This document shows positions 12,082 through 20,228 of a stretch of DNA of 32,000 nucleotides, piece after piece. The position numbers and the translations under genes are program-made. The stretch lies in the sequence record JAKSYS010000061.1. One strand, written 5' to 3'. Numbering within the stretch: position 1 is the first letter of the stretch; the number at the start of each line of letters is the position of its first letter. The notes under the pieces were generated by a model. It saw nothing but the letters and a program-made list of their open reading frames with translations, had not been told where the DNA came from and ran no database searches.

Positions 12082-12166
12082 TGCATTCGACTGGGTTCGA
12101 ACCAGTGATGTTCCAGAGGAAAACGGATTATGAGTCCGGTGCCTTCAACCACTCGGCCACGAATGC
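12082..12166 (-). tRNA. tRNA with CAU anticodon and a long (class-II-like) variable arm; isotype uncertain (Ile2-lysidine-like or Met; Leu-like shape)
   Basis: The reverse complement folds as GCATTCG TG GCCG AGTGGTTGAA GGCA CCGGA CTCATAA TCCGT TTTCCTCTGGAACATC ACTGG TTCGAAC CCAGT CGAATGC A. It has a 7-bp acceptor stem, a 5-bp T stem with TTCGAAC loop, the anticodon loop CUCAUAA, and a 16-nt variable region containing a ttcc/ggaa stem. Confidence 0.8.
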
Positions 12167-12171
12167 TTATT

Positions 12172-12515
12172 TGGAGCTGATGGGATTTGAACCCACGTCC
12201 ATCTAAATCTGAAAAAAACGCTCATTCACAGGTATAGTTCAATAATAGAACAGATTGTTATAATTATTCTAAACTAAAGACAAAAAAACGTCTAGTAATA
12301 GTGGACAAATTTTTAAATTAAATAATATATTTTCTAAGCAGTAGCAAAAGCTAAATTATTTGAAGATTTTGTATTGTTTAGAGTTAAACGTTTAAAGTTA
12401 AAAGATATGATATTATTAGCATTTATTAATTAGTTTGTAGATTTTTACGAAGAATACAAGCTTCGACCTGCATCACATTTTTCTCATTCTTAAATGTCGA
12501 AACCAAGGCAGCCCC
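12172..12515 (-). ncRNA. ssrA: tmRNA (ssrA), about 344 nt, with an internal tag reading frame
   Basis: The 5' end GGGGCTGCCTTGGTTTCGAC and 3' end GGACGTGGGTTCAAATCCCATCAGCTCCA match the bacterial tmRNA termini (E. coli GGGGCUGAUUCUGGAUUCGAC ... GGACGCGGGUUCAACUCCCGCCAGCUCCA). The acceptor stem pairs GGGGCTG with CAGCTCC and includes a G3-U70 pair. The tag ORF starts at GCU 12420-12418 and ends at UAG 12336-12334. Confidence 0.9.
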
Positions 12516-12554
12516 TAGGTAACTAATTTAAAGAATTTTAACACTCTTTATTTT

Positions 12555-12627
12555 TAAGCATGAAGGGAGTCGAACCCTTGACTTTCAGAATCGGAATCTG
12601 ATGCTCTATCCACTGAGCTACATGCTT
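12555..12627 (-). tRNA. trnR: tRNA-Arg (CCG)
   Basis: Reverse complement AAGCATG TA GCTC AGTGGATA GAGC A TCAGA TTCCGAT TCTGA AAGTC AAGGG TTCGACT CCCTT CATGCTT A; full cloverleaf. Confidence 0.9.
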
Positions 12628-12634
12628 TATTATC

Positions 12635-12674
12635 TAAAATTAATTTAATCCATTCATGGATTAAATTAATTTTA
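12635..12674. terminator. 19-bp perfect stem-loop just downstream of the psbV stop
   Basis: 12635-12653 pairs perfectly with 12656-12674 (taaaattaatttaatccat tc atggattaaattaatttta). Confidence 0.55.
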
Positions 12675-12679
12675 AAAAT

Positions 12680-13171
12680 TTAATAGTAAATTTTACCGCC
12701 ACCCCATTTTTCTGAAACAATTTTAGGTTGTAACATAATATGGCCTGCGATTGAATATAAATCTTCATCTGTTAAAGAACGCATACGCGGGTAGATATCA
12801 GCACTTTTAATACTTGGGTGAACCTCTGCAATTGATTCTAAACCATCATAACTCGTTGGATTTTTAATGTAATCAACAAGCGCAGATATACTATCACGAC
12901 GTGGTGTAGCTAAACTTAAAGCTTCAGGATCTAGACCAACGTTTGGATTTGTTTTTGTAATACCACCTACGTGACAAGCACCACATGTCGCATTGAAGAT
13001 ACGTTTACCACGTTTAACTTGTTCTGGTGATAACACAACAGTATTTCCTGAAGAGTCTGATACAACAGTTCTTGTTGCTTCATCTAAATCAATAGCTGAT
13101 GCATTAAATACGAACATATTAAAAATACAGAAGAATAAAATTCCAAAAAATTGTGAAGATTTTTTAATCAT
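12680..13171 (-). CDS. psbV: PSII cytochrome c-550
   Basis: 163-aa ORF with a signal peptide and the CGACHVGG haem-binding site; C-terminus GGGKIYY. Confidence 0.95.
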   Translation of the reverse strand: MIKKSSQFFGILFFCIFNMFVFNASAIDLDEATRTVVSDSSGNTVVLSPEQVKRGKRIFNATCGACHVGGITKTNPNVGLDPEALSLATPRRDSISALVDYIKNPTSYDGLESIAEVHPSIKSADIYPRMRSLTDEDLYSIAGHIMLQPKIVSEKWGGGKIYY

Positions 13172-13220
13172 AAAATAATAAAATTATTTAAGACCTTGAA
13201 ACCAAGATAAAATGTTTATA

Positions 13221-13514
13221 TTACTTTTCTTTTTTTTTTCTCATTTTAAAAATTAAACCTCTTAATCGGATATTTTCCCATCCAGCTAGTAAAACGCTAG
13301 TAATAATTAACGCTTGACTAAATAGTAATATTGGATCTAAGCGCCACCCATGAACCATTAGAATACCACAATAGAAAAAACCTGTAGTAACGAAAAATAA
13401 ATCTTCATCTCTTGAAACTTCGGGTTTAACTTTTCGAAGTCCGTACAATAAAACTACGCCAAATAATAAAATACCGCTTAAGAAGACATTTGGACCAAAA
13501 TTAACATTTATCAT
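13221..13514 (-). CDS. ycf66: Conserved plastid membrane protein Ycf66
   Basis: 97-aa ORF: FGPNVFLSGILLFGVVLLYGLRKVKPEVSRDEDLFFVTTGFFYCGILMVHGWRLDPILLFSQ, matching the Ycf66 family pattern as I recall it. Confidence 0.75.
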   Translation of the reverse strand: MINVNFGPNVFLSGILLFGVVLLYGLRKVKPEVSRDEDLFFVTTGFFYCGILMVHGWRLDPILLFSQALIITSVLLAGWENIRLRGLIFKMRKKKEK

Positions 13515-13596
13515 GTTATTTAATTTGCTCCTTGCTGTTAAATAAATTAAACAATTGTAGTTTAACTAATAATTTGAATATTGTAAATTGATTAAT

Positions 13597-13713
13597 TTAA
13601 CTACGTGTTACACGATCACTTTTACTGATGATAATTAAAGCAGAACCAATAGCTGCTACAACAAGAGCACCTGCTACTAAACTAGAGAAAAAATTTGCTA
13701 AAGAAGATGTCAT
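13597..13713 (-). CDS. psbX: PSII protein X
   Basis: Hand-translated 38-aa ORF MTSSLANFFSSLVAGALVVAAIGSALIIISKSDRVTRS. It is below the ORF-track size cut-off and PsbX-like (SLxNFxxSL...SxxDRV). Confidence 0.8.
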   Translation of the reverse strand: MTSSLANFFSSLVAGALVVAAIGSALIIISKSDRVTRS

Positions 13714-14104
13714 TTATAAATTCCTATTATATTAAATAAAAAATGAAAAATAGTAATCTTAACTACACTAAATATTGTATCAATATTAAAACGTATATAA
13801 CTAATATTAAATATTTATAGTTATACTACAGTATAGTTTACTATAAAAATCTTTAACTAAAAAATAATTTTTTTTAAACCAAATTATGCGGGTATAGTTT
13901 TAATACTAATTAAAAAAAATTACTTGTGCTGCTATCTCACAATCCTGACACGTTGAATAACTATTTTAATTATATTAATTCTATACCCAAAACCTATCTT
14001 ACAATAAAATAATTAAATAAGCAATGTTTAATTAAAATAATATTCTTTATCAAAATAGCTTGTTATTTAAAACGATTTAGTTTATATTGAGTTAGTAATA
14101 TAAA

Positions 14105-14177
14105 GCCCGGATAGCTCAGTTGGTAGAGCAGTGGATTGAAGATCCTCGTGTCACCAGTTCGAATCTGGTTCTGGGCA
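14105..14177 (+). tRNA. trnF: tRNA-Phe (GAA)
   Basis: GCCCGGA TA GCTC AGTTGGTA GAGC A GTGGA TTGAAGA TCCTC GTGTC ACCAG TTCGAAT CTGGT TCTGGGC A. Confidence 0.93.
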
Positions 14178-14416
14178 ATTTAATAATTTTTGAAAGTTAC
14201 TATAAATTTACACGTTAAATTCTAAAATATGATACTTCAAGTTGAAGAAAACGTGAGATATTTTTCTTTACTTGAAAAGTTTATCTAGTGTTTACATACA
14301 CAAATCCATTGAAATAATACCTTAAATAGTAATAGAAAAACCTTTAGCAACAACTAGCTGTTTTTAAAAGAAAATTATATTTGATAAGGTATTCCTAATT
14401 AATCAGAAAATCAAGT

Positions 14417-14460
14417 TTCATATTAATTAAAAACCGGATAAAGTTTTTAATTAATATGAA
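14417..14460. repeat. Perfect 18-bp hairpin (8-nt loop) inside the trnF-dnaB spacer
   Basis: ttcatattaattaaaaac (14417-14434), loop cggataaa, then gtttttaattaatatgaa (14443-14460), which is the exact reverse complement. Confidence 0.6.
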
Positions 14461-14727
14461 TTATTACAATTTTTTATAATTTAAAAAATCTTGAACTAAA
14501 AATATGACGCATAAGAATTGTTTCGTACAAGAGTAGATAGACAAATTGAGTTCTTAAGATTTGATAATGACTTTGATGTCTCAATATTTCTGGTTAACCT
14601 CATTAATATTAATTTTTATTCATTCTCATTTAATTAAGTCTTTCTTTGGCAAAATACAGCAAGCTATTTAGCTTGGATTATCAAAAACCCTCTATTGGCT
14701 ATTAATTACCAGAAAAAACAATAAAGT

Positions 14728-16074
14728 TTAGAGATCTAAATATTTTGTACGTTTTTTATCAAATCTTAATTGGATATTACCTGTTGGTCCATTTCTTTGT
14801 TTTGCAATAATTAAATCAATCATTTTATTTGAAGTGTCTAATAATGAATCTGGAGTATTTGGCTCATTTTGATACAACATTAAAACAAGATCAGCATCTT
14901 GTTCTATTGAACCACTTTCTCTTAAATCTGATAAAATAGGTTTTTTATCGCTTCGAGTTTCAATATTTCTACTTAATTGTGAAAGAGCGATAATTGGTAT
15001 ATTAAATTCTCGGGCCAGGTTTTTTAAAGCTCTCGTAATTTGAGATAATTCTTGAGCTCGATTCCCGTTATTTGAAATTGGAGTTTGCATTAATTGAAGA
15101 TAATCTATTATAACTAAACCAATTGTTGGATATTGAAACAATATAGTTTTAATTTTTGTTCTAATCTCTTGAACAGCTAAATCCGAACTATCGTCAACAA
15201 ATAAAGGTAATTTAGATAATAATTTAATAATTTTATTTAATTTAGTCCAATCAGTTTTAGACAATTTGCCACTTCTTAAACGAGATTGACTAACATTACT
15301 TTCCATAGACAATAACCTATACATTATTTGTTCTTTTGACATTTCTAAACTGAAAACTAATACAGGCAATTTAGAATATTTTATAATATTTAAACTAATA
15401 GTTAATGAAAAAGCCGTTTTTCCGATAGATGGTCGACCTGCAACAATAATTAAATCAGATTTTTGAAAGCCTTGGGTTAATGAATCTAAATCATAAAACC
15501 CAGAACTTAATCCTGGTAAATTAGGAGAAGTTGCTTTTTGTTTTAATTCTAAAAAAATATTATAAACTAAATCAGTACTACTATATAATTTTGTAGGTTT
15601 AAAATCATTTGTTAAATTAAATAACTGATTCTCAAATTCATTTAAAATACTTTCTAAAGGAAGGTTAGTGACATAACTTGAATTAATAGTTTTATAACCA
15701 AGTCTTATTAATGAACGTCGTAAAAATTTATCTTTAATTAATCTTATATATTCTTCTAAATAAACTAAATTTGGAATTTGGTTTATTAATTCAATTAAAA
15801 CTTTCACTCCACCAATTTTACTTAATAAACCATTTTCTTGTAAAAATGTGGTTAAAGTAGTTACATCTATTAACAGTTTATTTTGGTACATAAAAAGGAC
15901 AACCTTAAAGAGTTCTTGATGATTTTTAAAATAAAAAGACTCAACATTAACAGTTTTAATTATAAATTCAATTGCTTCCGAATTTGTTAACATGCAACTT
16001 AACACCATTTTTTCAGCTAAAAAATTGTGTGGCAAATAATTATCAAAATCAGATTCTGTTGTTTGTATGGTCAT
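14728..16074 (-). CDS. dnaB: Replicative DNA helicase DnaB
   Basis: 448-aa ORF with N-terminal LPHNFLAEKMVLSCML, Walker A GRPSIGKTAFSL, IIDYLQLM and RESGSIEQDADLV motifs. No intein-sized insertion. Confidence 0.95.
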   Translation of the reverse strand: MTIQTTESDFDNYLPHNFLAEKMVLSCMLTNSEAIEFIIKTVNVESFYFKNHQELFKVVLFMYQNKLLIDVTTLTTFLQENGLLSKIGGVKVLIELINQIPNLVYLEEYIRLIKDKFLRRSLIRLGYKTINSSYVTNLPLESILNEFENQLFNLTNDFKPTKLYSSTDLVYNIFLELKQKATSPNLPGLSSGFYDLDSLTQGFQKSDLIIVAGRPSIGKTAFSLTISLNIIKYSKLPVLVFSLEMSKEQIMYRLLSMESNVSQSRLRSGKLSKTDWTKLNKIIKLLSKLPLFVDDSSDLAVQEIRTKIKTILFQYPTIGLVIIDYLQLMQTPISNNGNRAQELSQITRALKNLAREFNIPIIALSQLSRNIETRSDKKPILSDLRESGSIEQDADLVLMLYQNEPNTPDSLLDTSNKMIDLIIAKQRNGPTGNIQLRFDKKRTKYLDL

Positions 16075-16145
16075 AAGGTTTTATAATTTATTCGAGCCTT
16101 TTAAATATTGAAATATTAATTTATTACGATTATAATATTATCCAA

Positions 16146-16218
16146 GCGTCCTTAGTTCAGTTGGTAGAACGCTAGTCTCCAAAATTAGATGTCGAGGGTT
16201 CAAGTCCTTCAGGGCGCG
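16146..16218 (+). tRNA. trnW: tRNA-Trp (CCA)
   Basis: GCGTCCT TA GTTC AGTTGGTA GAAC G CTAGT CTCCAAA ATTAG ATGTC GAGGG TTCAAGT CCTTC AGGGCGC G. Confidence 0.93.
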
Positions 16219-16331
16219 TTTCTCTTTATAGAGAAGGTTATAAAATACTATAATAGAATTTTACAATTTTAAAAAGTTCCGCAATTAACTAGTTTAGAAA
16301 ATAACGAAATTTAAAAAATTTATAAATTGCA

Positions 16332-16757
16332 ATGGCAAAAAAAGTAACAGGCTTAATTAAATTAGCTTTACCTGCAGGCAAAGCTACACCAGCTCCTCCA
16401 GTTGGACCAGCTTTAGGTCAGCATGGTGTAAATATCGCAGCCTTTTGTAAAGAATATAATGCAAGAACAGGGGATAAAGTAGGATTAATTATTCCTGTAG
16501 AGATTTCCGTGTATGAAGATAGAAGCTATACTTTTATTCTTAAAACACCACCAGCATCAGTTTTATTAGCAAATGCCGCAAAAATTAAAAAAGGGTCGTC
16601 AACACCTAACAAAATAACAGTAGGATCTGTTACAAAAGCTCAATTAGAAGAAATTGCACAAACTAAATTGCCTGATTTAAATACTACAAAAATCAGTAGT
16701 GCAATTAAAATCGTTGAAGGGACTGCCCGAAATATGGGTATCTCCATTGTAGATTAA
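16332..16757 (+). CDS. rpl11: 50S ribosomal protein L11
   Basis: 141-aa ORF: [35 protein letters not shown], the canonical L11 N-terminal domain. Confidence 0.97.
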   Translation: MAKKVTGLIKLALPAGKATPAPPVGPALGQHGVNIAAFCKEYNARTGDKVGLIIPVEISVYEDRSYTFILKTPPASVLLANAAKIKKGSSTPNKITVGSVTKAQLEEIAQTKLPDLNTTKISSAIKIVEGTARNMGISIVD

Positions 16758-16780
16758 GTTTAATTTTTATAAGGTTTAAT

Positions 16781-16784
16781 GGAG
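16781..16784 (+). promoter_or_regulatory. Shine-Dalgarno-like GGAG upstream of rpl1
   Basis: GGAG lies 7 nt before the ATG at 16792. Confidence 0.4.
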
Positions 16785-16791
16785 AAATGCT

Positions 16792-17484
16792 ATGCGAAAA
16801 TTGTCGCGTCGTCAAACAAAAAATTTAGAAAAAACTAAAAATATTATTTCAACAAACGTACAAGAAGCTATATCACTTTTAAAAGAAACAGCTACAACTA
16901 AATTTGTTGAAAGTGTAGAACTGCATGCCAATTTGAACATTGATCCAAAATATGCAGATCAACAATTACGAACAACTGTAACATTACCTAATGGTATTGG
17001 TAAACAAGTAAAAATCGCTGTCTTAACAAATGATGAAAATTTTGCTGAGGCAGAATCTGCAGGAGCAGACATTATTGGTAATGATAGTTTAATTGAAGCG
17101 ATTACTCAAGGTAATATTGAATTTGACTTACTAATTGCAACACCCAATATGATGCCAAAACTGGCTAAATTAGGTAGAGTATTAGGTCCTAAAGGGTTAA
17201 TGCCTTCACCAAAATCAGGTACTGTTACAAGTACTATTACAAGTACAGTAACCGAATTTAAAAAGGGAAAATTTGAATATAAAGCAGATAAGACAGGCGT
17301 TGTTCACGTTAGTTTTGGTAAAGTAAATTTCACTAATGAACAATTAGTTGAAAATTTAACTGAATTATATAGTTCAATTGAACAAAATCGCCCTTCTGGG
17401 GTAAAAGGTAAATACTTTAAAAGTTTATTCATCTGTACAAGTATGGGTCCTTCAATTAAATTAGATTTAGATATTTTTATTTAA
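16792..17484 (+). CDS. rpl1: 50S ribosomal protein L1
   Basis: 230-aa ORF: FVESVELHANLNIDPKYADQQLRTTVTLPNGIGK...LGPKGLMPSPKSGTVT. Confidence 0.96.
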   Translation: MRKLSRRQTKNLEKTKNIISTNVQEAISLLKETATTKFVESVELHANLNIDPKYADQQLRTTVTLPNGIGKQVKIAVLTNDENFAEAESAGADIIGNDSLIEAITQGNIEFDLLIATPNMMPKLAKLGRVLGPKGLMPSPKSGTVTSTITSTVTEFKKGKFEYKADKTGVVHVSFGKVNFTNEQLVENLTELYSSIEQNRPSGVKGKYFKSLFICTSMGPSIKLDLDIFI

Positions 17485-17526
17485 ATATTAAATTTGTAAG
17501 TATTATTAATTAAATATAAAACTACC

Positions 17527-17910
17527 ATGTCAGAAAAAATTGATCAAATTATTGAAAGTTTAAAAACTTTAACGTTATTAGAAGCTTCAGAATTAGTAAC
17601 AAAAATTGAAGATACGTTTGGTGTAGATGCTTCAGCATCATCAGGGGCAACAATGGTAATGGCAGCACCTACTGTTGTTGAAGAAGTAGAAGAAAAAACT
17701 GAATTTAATGTTCTGTTAGAAGAAGTTCCTGCGGATAAGAAAATTGCTATCTTAAAAGTAGTACGTGGATTAACAGGACTTGGGCTGAAAGAAGCTAAAG
17801 AAATCGTAGAATCAGCACCAAAACAAATCCAAGAAGGTTTAGGTAAAGATGCAGCAGAACAAGCTAAAAAACAATTAGAAGAAGTTGGAGCAAAAGTTTC
17901 TTTAACATAA
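17527..17910 (+). CDS. rpl12: 50S ribosomal protein L7/L12
   Basis: 127-aa acidic ORF: [22 protein letters not shown]...[27 protein letters not shown]. Confidence 0.96.
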   Translation: MSEKIDQIIESLKTLTLLEASELVTKIEDTFGVDASASSGATMVMAAPTVVEEVEEKTEFNVLLEEVPADKKIAILKVVRGLTGLGLKEAKEIVESAPKQIQEGLGKDAAEQAKKQLEEVGAKVSLT

Positions 17911-17922
17911 AAAAACTATAAT

Positions 17923-17962
17923 AAATATTAATTGTTATTAAAAATAATAACAATTAATATTT
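17923..17962. terminator. 18-bp perfect stem-loop between convergent rpl12 and petD
   Basis: aaatattaattgttatta (17923-17940), loop aaaa, then taataacaattaatattt (17945-17962). Confidence 0.55.
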
Positions 17963-17966
17963 TTCC

Positions 17967-18449
17967 TTACCAAAAGCCTAATGAAATAGCTTTATCAATA
18001 GGTAAACAAGCACCGATGCCTAACCAAACTGCTGAAATAAAACCAACAATAAATACTAAACTAGCAATAGGACGACGGAACGGATTTTGGAATTTATTTA
18101 CATTTTCAATAAATGGAACTGTAATTAAACCAGCAGGTACTGCAGCCATTGCTAGCACACCCAACAATTTATTAGGTAATACACGTAATAAATTAAATGT
18201 TGGGAAGAAGTACCATTCTGGTAAAATTTCTAAAGGTGTATTAAAAGGATCCGCGGGTTCACCTAATTGAGTAGGTGCCATTACACTTAATCCAATACAA
18301 CAAGCAAAAGTACCTAAAATGCACACAGGGAATACATATAGAAGATCATTGGGCCACGCAGGTTCCCCGTAATAATTATGGCCCATACCTTTAGCAAGTT
18401 TCGCTCTTAATTTAGGATCTGTTAAATCTGGTTTTTTAATTACTGACAT
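17967..18449 (-). CDS. petD: Cytochrome b6f subunit IV
   Basis: 160-aa ORF: [38 protein letters not shown]...PEWYFFP. Confidence 0.97.
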   Translation of the reverse strand: MSVIKKPDLTDPKLRAKLAKGMGHNYYGEPAWPNDLLYVFPVCILGTFACCIGLSVMAPTQLGEPADPFNTPLEILPEWYFFPTFNLLRVLPNKLLGVLAMAAVPAGLITVPFIENVNKFQNPFRRPIASLVFIVGFISAVWLGIGACLPIDKAISLGFW

Positions 18450-18469
18450 AATAAATTTTAAATAGTTAA

Positions 18470-19117
18470 TTATAAAGGTCCTGAAATACCTTGTTTACGA
18501 ATCATTAAGAAATGTGTTAACATTAATACAGCCGCTGCTAATGGTAAAACAAATGTGTGAGCACTGTAAAAACGTGTAAGCGTACTTTGGCCTACACTCT
18601 CACCACCACGTAGAATTAAAACTAACGGAGGACCTACAATTGGAACTGCAGCAGGAACACCTGTAACAATTTTACAAGCCCAGAAACCTACTTGATCCCA
18701 AGGTAAAGAGTAACCTGTAACACCGAATGAAACAGTAACGACAGCTAAAATAACGCCTGTAACCCATGTTAATTCACGCGGTTTTTTAAAACCGCCTGTT
18801 AGATATACACGGAAAATATGTAATACCATCATCATAACCATCATACTTGCTGACCAACGGTGTATAGAACGGATTAACCAACCAAAATTTACACTAGTCA
18901 TAATGTATTCAACAGATGCAAAAGCATCTACAACACTTGGACGGTAATAAAATGTCATAGCAAAACCTGTCGCTACCTGAACTAAGAAACATGTGAAAAC
19001 AATACCACCAAAACAGTAAAAAATGTTAACATGAGGTGGAACATATTTACTTGAAATATCATCTGCAATTGCTTGAACTTCTAAACGTTCTTCAAACCAA
19101 TCGTAAACTTTACTCAT
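18470..19117 (-). CDS. petB: Cytochrome b6
   Basis: 215-aa ORF: [38 protein letters not shown]... Confidence 0.98.
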   Translation of the reverse strand: MSKVYDWFEERLEVQAIADDISSKYVPPHVNIFYCFGGIVFTCFLVQVATGFAMTFYYRPSVVDAFASVEYIMTSVNFGWLIRSIHRWSASMMVMMMVLHIFRVYLTGGFKKPRELTWVTGVILAVVTVSFGVTGYSLPWDQVGFWACKIVTGVPAAVPIVGPPLVLILRGGESVGQSTLTRFYSAHTFVLPLAAAVLMLTHFLMIRKQGISGPL

Positions 19118-19172
19118 AGAAAATCAAAAAAATTTTATATCACAGTTAAGCATCTGTTATAAATTTAAATTA

Positions 19173-19260
19173 AGGCGAGAGTGGGATTCGAACCCACGGA
19201 ATCCGTAAAGATTCATCTGATTTCAAATCAGACGCAATCGACCAACTCTGCCATCTCGCC
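19173..19260 (-). tRNA. trnS: tRNA-Ser (UGA)
   Basis: The reverse complement starts GGCGAGA TG GCAG AGTTGGTCGA TTGC G TCTGA TTTGAAA TCAGA, followed by a long variable arm, then GTGGG TTCGAAT CCCAC TCTCGCC T. Confidence 0.9.
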
Positions 19261-19293
19261 AAAAGATTAGCTCAAAGACTAATCTTAAATAAA

Positions 19294-19714
19294 TTAACTT
19301 TCGTAAGTACTAACACCACTAAATTTTACTGAAGCTGGATCTGGATTTTTTCCAATAGAAAACTCACGAGTATTTGATGCAGTACGTCCTGGATTAACTT
19401 TTTCAGGGGAAAACACCATCTTTTGGATGTAAATATTGAACTTCACCACTAGGGAAAATTCGGTAAATTTTATAGTTGTTAATTTTAAATGTTCTTAATT
19501 GTGTACCTAAAGCAAGACACTGTTCCTTACGTGCTAAATATAGTAAGTTTTCACCATTTCGCATGATTGCAGCGCCGCCGGTTGGCATTTCAAAAATTTG
19601 TTCTTTCGTACTGTTCCAAGTAATAGCATATTTCTCTTCTACTTCAGCTGATCTTAACCAGCCGCCAGTACTTCCTCCAAAAGTAGGAAAAGGTGTTTGT
19701 AAATTTAATGTCAT
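19294..19714 (-). CDS. psaD: PSI subunit II (PsaD); frame broken by one extra base near the 3' end
   Basis: The track ORF 19403-19714 ([61 protein letters not shown]...[13 protein letters not shown]) stops early. Removing one base from the G4 run at 19396-19399 continues it as [36 protein letters not shown] with stop at 19296-19294. The span is 421 nt, i.e. 140 codons plus 1 base. Confidence 0.9.
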
Positions 19715-19796
19715 AGGTAAAACCTTATAGTTAATTAACGTTCGCTATATAATTTTAATAAAAAAATAAAAATTTTTATTTTTTTCTCTAAGTTTC

Positions 19797-19870
19797 TAGC
19801 GGAGAATGGATTTGAACCATTGACCTTCGGGTTATGAGCCCAACGAGCTACCAGGCTGCTCTACTCCGCG
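19797..19870 (-). tRNA. trnfM: Initiator tRNA-fMet (CAU)
   Basis: Reverse complement CGCGGAG TA GAGC AGCCTGGTA GCTC G TTGGG CTCATAA CCCGA AGGTC AATGG TTCAAAT CCATT CTCCGCT A. It shows the initiator hallmarks: a 1-72 mismatch and three G-C pairs closing the anticodon stem. Confidence 0.92.
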
Positions 19871-19940
19871 CTATATAATGACATACTGAATATATCATAA
19901 TAATATTTATTAAAAAAAGCAATAGTAGTTTAATAAGTCG

Positions 19941-20013
19941 AATAGCTTTCTATTTAAACTTAAATTAACAAGGGATATTTCCTTGTTAATTTAAGTTTAA
20001 ATAGAAAGCTATT
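19941..20013. terminator. Perfect 33-bp inverted repeat (7-nt loop) overlapping the secG 3' end
   Basis: 19941-19973 (aatagctttctatttaaacttaaattaacaagg) is the exact reverse complement of 19981-20013. The right arm covers the last 9 codons and the stop of secG. Confidence 0.6.
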
Positions 20014-20195
20014 AGTAAATAACCTACTACACTTATTCCAGTAATATAATTTAAAGTTCTTTGTGTTGAAGAAGGTGATCCAAAAATATCACTCTTATTA
20101 GCAAAACTGGATAACCCAATATTTTCTTGTGGCATACGTAAGAAAATAATTAAAATTAAGAATAAACTCATTACAAACCAAAGAGTTTTAAACAT
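19986..20195 (-). CDS. secG: Preprotein translocase subunit SecG (ycf47)
   Basis: 69-aa two-TM ORF: MFKTLWFVMSLFLILIIFLRMPQENIGLSSF...TLNYITGISVVGYLLIAFYLNL, the SecG/Ycf47 pattern. Confidence 0.8.
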   Translation of the reverse strand: MFKTLWFVMSLFLILIIFLRMPQENIGLSSFANKSDIFGSPSSTQRTLNYITGISVVGYLLIAFYLNLN

Positions 20196-20228
20196 AATAA
20201 ATTTTTATATTTAAATTTAAGTTATTAT

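Noticed and set aside
12172-12215. The segment looked at first like the 3' half of a tRNA (T-arm plus acceptor CAGCTCCA) with no 5' half, suggesting a truncated or intron-containing tRNA gene.
   Set aside because: The matching 5' acceptor strand GGGGCTG, followed by CCTTGGTTTCGAC, lies about 340 nt away at 12515. Both termini match tmRNA, so this is ssrA, not a broken or intron-split tRNA.
13888-13988. GCGGGTATAGTTT(T)AAT resembles the 5' end of trnG(UCC), and an 8-bp pairing (gggtatag / ctataccc) closes a 101-nt segment. I considered a tRNA, a tRNA pseudogene, or a tRNA with an expanded 9-nt anticodon-like loop (ttgtg ctgctatct cacaa).
   Set aside because: There is no T-arm (no GTTCRA motif with a complementary stem), no D-stem and no proper acceptor 3' strand. 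It is at best a short 5' fragment or a chance match in AT-rich spacer, and I cannot support it as a gene or as a frameshift-suppressor tRNA.
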